A stretch of DNA of 64,000 bases from Octopus vulgaris (Eukaryota): contig OX597821.1 in the NCBI GenBank assembly GCA_951406725.2, forward strand, positions 90,396,001 to 90,460,000, in the 5' to 3' direction. Positions 53,684 to 64,000 of this stretch are shown piece by piece. Below the pieces are notes generated by a model, which worked only from the letters and a program-made list of their open reading frames with translations, was not told the origin of the DNA and made no database searches. The first letter of the stretch is position 1. The number at the start of each line of letters is the position of its first letter. Position numbers and translations under genes: made by a program.

Positions 53684-55990
53684 TAACTAAAAATAATATC
53701 AATAAAATAAGGAATTAGTTCATGCTCTTACACGCTGCACGAATGGGATATGTTAATTTTCTCTTCCTCAGGAGTCTTAGATTTCATTCATCACATTTAT
53801 ATACAGGGAAACATCCATAAGAAAGTTGGACCCAAAATACCCACAGGTTATCAGCAATTTGTGAGAGAAGTATTGATTTTTTTCTCATCTGAATCTCATA
53901 TATTTCCAAAACTGTAAAAACTGTCACCCATTCACAGCATGCTTTCTAGTCATTTTTTGATGAATTCTAATATTCTGGCTTGCTATATACTGAGGTAAAT
54001 ATATTGTAAAATGCATAAAATAGAATATGTTCCTGTGCAGGGAAGAGTTGGCACTAGAGTTTTCTTCTTCTTTTCCATTATATAAAATGTTTCGTTCACA
54101 CTTAAAAAAATAATAAAGCAATCTCCCTAGAAGTATATAAGCGCACAAACCTTTAAGTCATAAATCTACCTTCCTAAATGAATAGCTTATGAGATGTGTT
54201 GAAGATAGTGCATTACCTAAACACACAAATTTCTGAATATATTCATAAATCTATCAGAGAACCAATAAAGGATGATAAATCTTACATTGAAAACGTACAT
54301 CTACTGACAGAATCAGAGTGAAGTGTCATGCAGATGTGCCCTGGAATCAATCCAATGAAGCAAGTAACTTAACTGTTGTCATCACCCAACAGCTATTGAG
54401 GAGAGCAGAATGATATAAGTGAGTTAAATTCATTTAACGTCAAGCACTGCTCTATGATAAATCGGGTAATGGTTGTTTATGAACATAACAGAATTAGGAT
54501 AGCCAAAGATTCCAAGTCTGTTGCTTAGCAAATAAGAAGAATGAAGTAGCTTGCCTAAGGAGAAAGAAAAGTCTTTAATAAAAAATGTAAATAAAAGAAT
54601 ACTCTGCAAGCATCTCTGCAGTACTAAATATTCAGGAGTAAAGTGAACGTTCTTACTTATGGTGATACAGATATAATATTTATTTACTAATCATTTTTGA
54701 AACTAGAATCCTTAATACTGAAGGCTATCTCCGGTTTCTGCCTTTCTGGGCAAGTTTGAATACTCATAGAGAATGGATTTGTGGAGCAATGATAAAAATG
54801 CTCTTTTTTTACCTGTTTATGTAAGCAATTCAGAAAAAAGTGAGAAATGAAATTGTCTTCAGTAACTGATTGGTACTTTACTGAGTTCAGTACATGAGAT
54901 AGAAACTTTATACTGGATGAGATGCCAGTCTATCAAAAACTTTCCTCCTACACATGAAATCCATGTGAAATACTTATCAATTTTACTGTGTGGCTGCTTA
55001 CAACAATGAACTATCATATATCACCCTGTGAACCTACGTACAGCTTGTTTGACTAAGCCATTGGGAGCTGACACAATGCAATACCAGAGATGGAATACAA
55101 ACTATTGGCCTTTTGATATGTTATTCCAATATTATAGTAACTTTTTGTAAAGGTGAAGTGACCAAAACTATTTGTGCTTGTGAATTATTTATTCTCTGAA
55201 GAATTCTGCTTTCCTACAACTGCCAATATACAAAATTGTATATTTTACTTATTAACTGCTCTACTAAGTACTCTAACTGTTATATTTTACTAATGATGTG
55301 TAATTGAGTGTCTCAGAACGTGAGAATGGCTTTAGGCAGTGTTTAATGTCCTTTTGCCTTACATGGTAATTATTTATAATTAATTTTCTCAATGATCTAA
55401 GCATTATGAATTTTATCAAGAATTTAATTTTATTGTTTTTTTCAGTGGTGTTCTGAATTTATTTAATTTCAAAATTAAATTAATTCATCTCTATTTCAGC
55501 AAGTACATTGAGGACTACATATTGCTAATTAGGACAGTATAGCACAGGAGAAGATGAGCAGTAACTTGACCATCCCTGCTGACTGACCAATGGGAGGCTG
55601 TTCTTGTTCAGGGTCAAAACGCCCAATGCTCATTGGGCAATATCTTATAACATCAGTTCTTCTAGCCAAAATTATATTTACCAAAGAGGAATGTAGAAGA
55701 AGCATTTTCTTTGAGAAGTAATTAGTTTCTTAATCACTGAATAATATATATTATTATTCATGGCATAACTACAACTCCATATTAGTTTCTTGTTTGCTCC
55801 ATACAAAAGTCAAAGATCAAATTTACTATAGATAGCTTAATATGTTCCTGATAGTTGTAGCATAAGGATCAATTTATCATTAATTGCTTCAGTTCACTTA
55901 GTTGTTGTGAACAAGATGATCTGGGAATACTTCATTACCTGAACTCCATAAGTATTCTAACCTAGAAAAATTTATCACTTAAACATTTAA

Positions 55991-57357
55991 CCCATTAATG
56001 CCCAGTGTATGAGTTATCATACGCTTTTTTGGTTTCAGACGGACATATTCATATAAAATAATTTCATAAATTTAGGCATCAAAAACCTTTCTGAAGATAA
56101 AGAATAATAATTTGTCTAGTAATGGAAGCACTCCGTCGGTTACGACGATGAGGGTTCCGGTTGATCCGAATCAACGGAACAGCCTGCTCGTGAAATTAAC
56201 GTGTAAGTGGCTGAGCACTCCACAGACACGTGCACCCTTAACGTAGTTCTCGAGGATATTCAGCGTGACACAGGGAGTGACAAGGCCGGCCCTTTGAAAT
56301 ACAGGTACAACAGAAACAGGAAGTAAGAGTGAGAGAAAGTTGTGGCGAAAGAGTACAGCAGGGATCACCACCATCCCTGCCGGAGCCTCGTGGAGCTTTT
56401 TAGGTGTTTTCACTCAATAAACACTCACAACGCACGGTCTGGGAATCGAAACCGCAATCCTATGACCGCGAGTCCGTTGCCCTAACCACTGGGACATTGC
56501 GCCTCCATTTGGCATCAAAGTCATACTTTGATCATTTATACATTGTGCTAGACTCATTTCTTTCAGTGTCAAATTCTGAAGTGAGGAAGACATGCTACTC
56601 GTAGTAACGTTTTTATTTGTATGCTTTAAATGTTTTGTAATATTCCATTTTGCTTTTGTATTTTTTAATAAGTATGCATTAGTTTTGCAAACCAAACATG
56701 TCTTAGTAATCTACGTAAATAAAGTTTCGATTTATTAACGTTTGTATATGCGCATATGATAAAACACACGCTGAGAATTCGCGTATGCATTTCATTTAAA
56801 ATGAGGTTTCATCAGGTTTGGACATACAATCGTTCATTCTCTTAACAATATACCAAAAAACTTTAAAACAGTTGTAAACTAAAATATTTTGCTCTTGAAT
56901 CTTAAAATTTCTATAGTTATTATTTATTTTCTTCATTAAAAAAATAGCCTATTTACTAGCAAACTAATGTTTGCATAAGTGCAAGGGAAATATATATATC
57001 TAATTCTTATTTCTAGATCGTAAAATATGTCTAAGAGAAGACTTGAAGGTGAAAGAGACACTGAAGGAAATCCTAAATATAATCGAATCTGGTGATGGTG
57101 CTGAACTTTTTATTGAGGAAATTAATGATGCTGATAAGCTTCAACTGGTACTTCATCCACCAAATGATGACGACGATTTAGATAAAGATGATGCTTTAAG
57201 TGACTGCAAAGAATCTTCGGCAAATTTTCGAAATATTGACAGAGGTATTCTCGCAGAGAAAGGTGAGATTAGAGCCTATAGTAAAGCTGGTGTTGTGGTT
57301 CTCGATATAGACAAGGTGACACCAAGCTCTCTTAAAACTCTATGGCACAGACGATAA
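55991..57357 (+). mobile_element. Probable piggyBac 5' portion: TIR plus acidic N-terminal transposase remnant, interrupted by SINE-C and truncated at an R4 LINE
   Basis: TTAA|CCCATTAATGCCCAG at 55987; ORF 57043-57357 LVLHPPNDDDDLDKDDALSD...RNIDRGILAEKGEI resembles the PP..SDEDS..NL..L N-termini of PGBD2/3-type transposases. No 3' TIR or catalytic domain seen. Confidence 0.45.
56126..56508 (-). mobile_element. SINE-C, full length
   Basis: Near-identical to 31716-32098. Confidence 0.92.
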
Positions 57358-57359
57358 TG

Positions 57360-58830
57360 AGCCATTCAGTGATAACACTGGGATGGAGTTTGGTTTGATA
57401 GATTTGCCAAGGCCACTTTCCAGAAAGGGAAATTGAAGACCTCACATTCACTGGTGTTGGATGTTGACACAGTCATAAAATAACTCGAGCAGGAACAAAC
57501 TCACAAATACCTCGGAATAAATGAGGGCTCTGGCATTCAGTATGCAAGTATGAAAGAGAAGATCAGGAAGGAGTGTTACAGGAGAGTTCAAGCAGTCCTA
57601 AAATCGAGTTAGATACACCAAACAAGGTGTTAGATATAAATTCGTTAGCAGTTCGGGTTGTTATTTACAGTTTCAATGTGTTGAACTGGAATATGAGCGA
57701 AACAAGGAAGATTGACAGAAAATCCGTAAGCTGCTGACTTCCAATAAGATGCTCCACCCAAAGGCAATCGCAGATCGTATTTACCTACCTAGAGCTCAAG
57801 GAGGTCCAGGCTTGATCCAATTTGAAATCTCCTACAAATCCACAACAATTGGATTGGCAACATATCCATCTAACGACTGGATGCTAAAACTCGTTGAAAA
57901 CCATGAAAGACGTAAAAAGCTACATTTTGTGATGAAGGAGAGCAAAATATTTTCAAGTGAGCTTATGCATAACACCAAAGTTGAACAGCATGATGGAAGT
58001 GCAGCAACTGTAGTTGCAAAGAAGCTGAAATCAATAGCAAAACAAAATGCATTTGAAAAATTGGCTGATATGTGGGAACAAAAACCTCTGCATGGCAAAT
58101 ATGTGGCCCGTAGCAAACAAGCTGATGTAAACCAGAAGCACACCCATCAGCAGCAACGGAGCTCAGAGTTTAAGGCAGAGAGTGAAAGCATTATCTTGGT
58201 TGCCCAAAATCAGAGCTTATCGACCCGGAAATATCAAGCCAATGTGATGAAAAAGGATGTTGACCCAAAGTGCCGATACTGCAACGATGGGATAGAAACA
58301 GTGGACCACTAAATCACTGGATGTAAGGTTTTAGCATCTGTAGAGTACAAATCAAGACATGACAGAGTTGGTCAATATCTACACAGTATAACGTGTCGGC
58401 GTTATAAAATTAAAACTGCCGACAAATGTTACAAGCACCACCCTGAGGCTGTAATTGAGGGAGAAAATGTAACTATTATTTGGGACTTACCAGTATGTAC
58501 AGGCCATTAAAGCAAATAAACCAGATATTGTTGTGAAAGATAAAAGCAATAAAATCTGTTTATTGATTGATATGAATATACCCTGTGACCATAATATCTC
58601 GGACAAAGAATTTGATAGGCTCAGAACATATATAATGATTTGTCAAAATCAAAAAGATGGGGCATCTCAAGGCGGTTACAATACCAGTGGTTATAGGAGC
58701 ACTTGGAATGATCAAAAAAGGAAATGGAAATTATTTAAGAAAGATCCCTGGCTTACCATCCATACAGGAAGTGCAAAAGATTTTTTTAACTGGTACGTCA
58801 CACATATCGAGAAGAGCAATCACTGTGAAT
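57360..58830 (+). mobile_element. R4/Dong-type LINE 3' half (RT C-terminus, CCHC knuckle, PD-(D/E)xK endonuclease), pseudogenised
   Basis: GMEFGL, KYLGINE, HPKAIADRIYLPRAQGGPGL, KPLHGKY, CRYCNDGIETVDH*ITGC, RHDRVG, NKPDIVVKDK...LLID, PVVIGALG, QKIFLTGT. Confidence 0.9.
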
Positions 58831-59407
58831 TTTCTTTCTCTTTTTCTGTTTTATTTTCTTTGTTTACTCTTTTTATTTTTTATTTTTATTTCTGTCTTTC
58901 TTCCCCTTTTTCTCTATCACAGTAACAAATAATAAAATCGCTGATATGTGCAAAGCTTTAAGCAAGCTAGAATTAATTACAATCACATAAAATATTGATG
59001 ATTAAATAAAAGTCGTGTACGTTAATATTTGCCATATCCTTGTAGACTCAAAGAGAAAGAGTTGAGTTGTGGTAATTGTCTCAGAAAATAAAATTTTCTT
59101 CAATGATACCAAAGGAGTTACAGAAACAGTGAAATTCTAAATAACACACTTTGTGCTATTTGGTTGCATGCTAGTATGTTCTGAGTTCCAATCGCATCTC
59201 AGTCATCTTTACTTTTCATCTTCGTGGGCATAACAAAACAAACTACCGAAGTACCTTCTTCCTAGAGATCAAAACATCTGTTGACTGTATCTTAATATAC
59301 GATACAAATATATTTTCTGCATTGTAACTAAGTTAAGACAAAATAACATATAACATATGTTGCAGAATTAATGCATACAATACTATGCCTAAATTTACAT
59401 GTATATA

Positions 59408-59870
59408 GGCGCAGGAGTGGCTGTGTGGTAAGTAGCTTGCTAACCAGTCACATGTTTCCGGGTTCAGTCCCACTGCGTGGCATCTTGGGCAAGTGTCTTC
59501 TGCTATAGCCTCGGGCCGACCAATGCCTTGTGAGTGGATTTGGTAGACGGAAACTGAAAGAAGCCTGTCGTATATATGTATATATATATATATATGTATG
59601 TGTGTGTATGTGTTTGTGTGTCTGTGTCTGTCTGTGCTTGACAACCGATGCTGGTGTGTGTATGTGTTTGTGTGTCTGTGTTTGTCCCCCTAGCATTGCT
59701 TGACAACCGATGCTGGTGTGTTTACGTCCCCGTGACATAGCGGTTTGGCAAAAGAGACCGATAGAATAAGTACTGGGCTTACAAAGAATAAGTCCCGGGG
59801 TCGATTTGCTCGATTAAAGGCGGTGCTCCAGCATGGCCGCAGTCAAATGACTGAAACAAGTAAAAGAGTA
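59408..59870 (+). mobile_element. SINE-B with an internal tandem duplication
   Basis: tgcttgacaaccgatgctggtgtg occurs twice (about 59635 and about 59697). Confidence 0.9.
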
Positions 59871-60107
59871 TATATGTAGGTGGAGGTATGTACTATAGTA
59901 ATCAACGACGGTGTGTGTGTCTTGTTACATGGCCTGCTAAAATGAACCTCATGACATTTCCCACATTCACTGTCTGCCACCTTAAATGAGTAAACTATAA
60001 AATCAGATACGTACTCATGACAACCCATTCATGTTTTCCATGGGAATAGAATAAGGTACTGGGAATAAGTGTTCACAGAAATAGTGGGTGAACTCTGCAA
60101 TAAAAAA

Positions 60108-60148
<41 letters not shown>

Positions 60149-60258
60149 AATATTGACTGCAGTGAATTGTTTAAAGAGACATAGAATATATGTGTACATA
60201 TGTGTATGTGTATAAATACATACATACACTTTTATATATATGTATTTATATATATATA

Positions 60259-60318
<60 letters not shown>

Positions 60319-60798
60319 CGTATATATGTGTGTGTGGGCATATTTTATTGGTGTGTACGTGTGCAAGCTATGTATGTGATGTATGCACATACATACACTG
60401 GAAACAAAAATACATTTATAAGTAAAAACTGCATAAAGCCAAAATTGTGGTATTCTGATGTAATATATACCCAAAAGATTTCTCAGAAAGAACTGCCAAT
60501 CTAACAAAAATAAACTCTAGGTTTCCTACAATTTTGACATCTCCACCCTGCTGCCATAACACGGACCATATACATACAGCACATCACATCACAACAACAA
60601 TAATCACATAACAACAATAACTGGTACCTCTGGCAACAGAGATTTTACCACTATCACCATCTCCCTCATCCTGTCACTTTGTGTATTGTATAGACGTGTG
60701 TGTACATGTGTGTGTGTATTGTGTGTGTGTGTTTACACACACATATATATATATATACTCAGACATATATGAATATCTTCATTTACACATTAAAAGGC

Positions 60799-60833
<35 letters not shown>

Positions 60834-60970
60834 AACACATGGAACTTCCAGGCCCTACCCACGATAAGCACCATGCCAAAATGACAGCTTGTCTCACGGT
60901 TTCTGATTTATTAATTGCAATTTGAAAATAACAGGTCAAATGTTATTGAGACCAGGATATATATATATAT

Positions 60971-61024
<54 letters not shown>

Positions 61025-61029
61025 TTGTA

Positions 61030-61330
61030 CAAGCTGCCACGCAGTGGGACTGAACCCAGAACCATGTGATTGGGAAGTAAGCTTCTTACTACACAGCCAA
61101 ACAGTATACTTCCCTGCACTGCACCTTTATTCTTTTATTGTTTTATTCTTTTACTTGTTTCACTAATTTGACTGCGGCCATGCTGGAGCACCACCTTTAG
61201 TCGAGCCAATCGACTCCAGGACTTATTCTCTGTAAAGTTACGAGGATGTAAACGTCCCAGCATGGTTGTCAAGCGATAACAAACACAGGGTCAAGGGTGA
61301 CAGACAAAGACACACAAACATACACACACA
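61030..61330 (-). mobile_element. Diverged SINE-B fragments
   Basis: tgccacgcagtgggactgaacc; tgactgcggccatgctggagcacc. Confidence 0.75.
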
Positions 61331-61543
61331 CACACATATATATATAAATATACATATATATATATATTTTTTTTTGCTTTTATCATGGTCTTTTAAGACT
61401 CAAAGGAACCAAAGGTTCCAAGGGGAAACGATTTGCTCCAACAGTTGTTTTATGGGAATAAATAAGGTTGGGAATTGTTCCAGAAATAGTGGGTGCTCTG
61501 TTATAAATAAACCTGGTCACATACATACATATATACACGTACA

Positions 61544-61585
<42 letters not shown>

Positions 61586-61615
61586 ATACAAATACATACA
61601 TATACGTGTGCATGC

Positions 61616-61667
<52 letters not shown>

Positions 61668-62344
61668 TGTGTGTGTGTGTTTGTGTATGTATGTATATTG
61701 GTGAGTTTGAGAGAAAGACGGATACTTATTGTTCTATAATAATGCTTGAGCCAACAAAAGTCGAAGTATTCTATACAACTAAATAATTCTTCTTCTATGT
61801 ATGTACATGTTCATTTATGTGTATATATGTCGATGACCAGGATATTTATGGCTGTTTGACTTTTGGATGGATGGATGCCTGTAAATAGGTATAGACATTT
61901 GTTTGTATGTTTGCATGCTTACGCACAGGCCTATATATATATATATATATATTAATATATATATATATATAAAATAATAGACAAACACATTTGGTCAATA
62001 CTTATGAATCCAAGACTTGCAATACATGTGTGTGTGTATTGTGTGTGTGTGTTTACACACAAATATATATATATACTCATGTATACTTATTTTTTTGTGT
62101 GTATTATTTTAGCTTCTTTGCCATTCTGTCAGTCTAATTTTCCCAATTTCCTAAACTTATTTATATTCACTAGAATTGATGTATTTCCAAAACATTAACA
62201 CATTTCATACATATAGAATCCCTTAACACTATAAATCCATTCATTTATACATGCACATAGACATCATACATACACACGCGCGCGCACATGACACTTGTGT
62301 CAAAAAGTATATATATACATATACATATATATGAGGCTTGTGTC

Positions 62345-62396
<52 letters not shown>

Positions 62397-62876
62397 GAGA
62401 GAGAGAGAGAGGGAGAGAGGGAGAGAGAGAGAGAGAAGACGTGTTTTTGATTGTCTCTTTTCAAAGCTCGTCTCTCCAGCGTTCCCCCACTTTACCTCGT
62501 TATGGCTTGACAACCCTTACCACTTGATTTTACTGTTTTGCTCTTACAGTCCTGTTTTTGTCACCACGTTAATCCTCTGAATATCCCAATTTTTAAAAAT
62601 TTGCTTTGCGGGAATGACTGTTTTAACGAAGTCGCGTCTTGTCGCTACGTTCGAAAGGCGGAGTAGATAAAACAGGGAACAACTGATGAAGGGAATGTTC
62701 TTTATGTTGCCTATCTCGTTTCTCTATTTGTTTCTTTCGTTGTTCGAAAGAAAAGATCGTTTTCCACGTTATTGTTTTTTATGATCCCGTTTCTCATTTT
62801 GTTCACGTTTTTTTCGACGTCCTGTACCCATATATGCATGTATATATACATATATATGTAGGTATGTGCATATATG

Positions 62877-62948
<72 letters not shown>

Positions 62949-63460
62949 TACTTTGAAATAAATGTCTGTGTCGTGAAAATGGACTCCTTCATTCTGAAGT
63001 ATTACCTCACTTGGAAATAGGAAACGTTTGGCAACAAGAATAGTTGTAAGGAATCCACCTGAACTAAATTCTGTCCAATGTATGTGAGGATGGAATAGTG
63101 GACGTTACTACAATGATGATTATTATGATGTATGTCTGCGTAGAATGCAGACGTGACTGTTTGGTAAGAAACTTGCTTCCCAAAGATATAGTTCTAGGTT
63201 GAGTCCCACTGCATGTCAGTTTGGGTAAGTGTCTTCTACTATAACCTTGGGCCAACCAAAGCCTGGTTGTCAAGCAATAGGGAAGGTGATAAATGCAGAA
63301 TTAATTTCTAAAAGGATGGCAGGTGAGATTCCTTGATGCGCAAGAAAATTTCAAATAAATTGTCAAATAATATCATTTAATTGGAAAAAATTATTCTATC
63401 AAAACATTCTAATGAAATAATGATCTGCAAATACATAAGGCTGAAAGTCAGATGAATACT

Positions 63461-63515
63461 CAGACAGACAGACAGACAGTCAAACACATGGATAGACAGT
63501 CAGATAGATAGATAA

Positions 63516-63604
<89 letters not shown>

Positions 63605-63608
63605 TAGA

Positions 63609-63700
<92 letters not shown>

Positions 63701-63737
63701 TAGACAGACAGACAGACAGATAGATAGATAGATAGAT
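63461..63737. repeat. (AGAT/AGAC)n, forming the tail of the adjacent LINE end
   Basis: Direct inspection. Confidence 0.95.
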
Positions 63738-64000
63738 ATGTTTCTTTATTAGCCACACAGGGCTGCACACAGATAGAACAAATTACAAGGTAGAGCTTTT
63801 CTTTTGGGGGTAAAAAAAAAGAAAGAAAAAAGAAAAAAAAGGGGGAGCGATCAAAAGGGATCGTAAAAGGAAAGAAAGAGGACAAAAAAGGGAGGGGTTT
63901 AAAAAAACAGGGGAAGAGGAAAAAAAATTGATCAATAGGGATCGTTATCACAGAAATGTCAATATGAAGTGTAAAGGGGAGGACAGGTGAGGTTTACCCG
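63738..64000 (-). mobile_element. Tx1/L1-like LINE 3' UTR, same family as 52300-52545
   Basis: Reverse complement reads ...aaagaaaagctctaccttgtaatttgt...cagccctgtgtggctAATAAAgaaac. Confidence 0.7.

Noticed and set aside
55425-55565. Polypyrimidine-CAG acceptors suggesting an exon
   Set aside because: No recognisable coding frame follows, and such sites are frequent in AT-rich DNA
57749-58312. 187-aa ORF as a host gene
   Set aside because: It is a fragment of a stop- and frameshift-disrupted R4/Dong LINE ORF
62677-62712. Hammerhead at CTGATGAAGGG
   Set aside because: There is no downstream GAAA with a closing stem II; at best a decayed terminal-repeat fragment

Overview
This is eukaryotic, AT-rich, repeat-saturated non-coding DNA (intronic or intergenic). 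The SINE families and microsatellite load resemble an Octopus/coleoid cephalopod genome; this is recognised from memory, not confirmed by a search. I find no supportable host protein-coding exon, rRNA, true tRNA or CRISPR array, and almost all listed ORFs are microsatellite or SINE artefacts. The window holds decayed transposons: a mariner 5' end and a palindromic MITE derived from it, two R4/Dong-type RLE LINE fragments, four Tx1/L1-like LINE 3' ends, and HERO-like and RTE fragments. It also holds a Penelope-like element with RT and GIY-YIG remnants, a non-autonomous Helitron, a probable piggyBac 5' end, and about 30 tRNA-derived SINE copies. Main observations: (1) two hammerhead-ribozyme-like motifs with intact cores in the inverted terminal repeats of the Penelope-like element, plus other minimal hammerhead-like motifs; (2) a SINE that shares its 3' tail with the Tx1-like LINE, appears to prefer a C|RGWA target and forms self-nested arrays; (3) a near-perfect 193-bp inverted duplication; (4) several long target-site-like duplications. 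Family names come from motifs I translated or aligned by eye.
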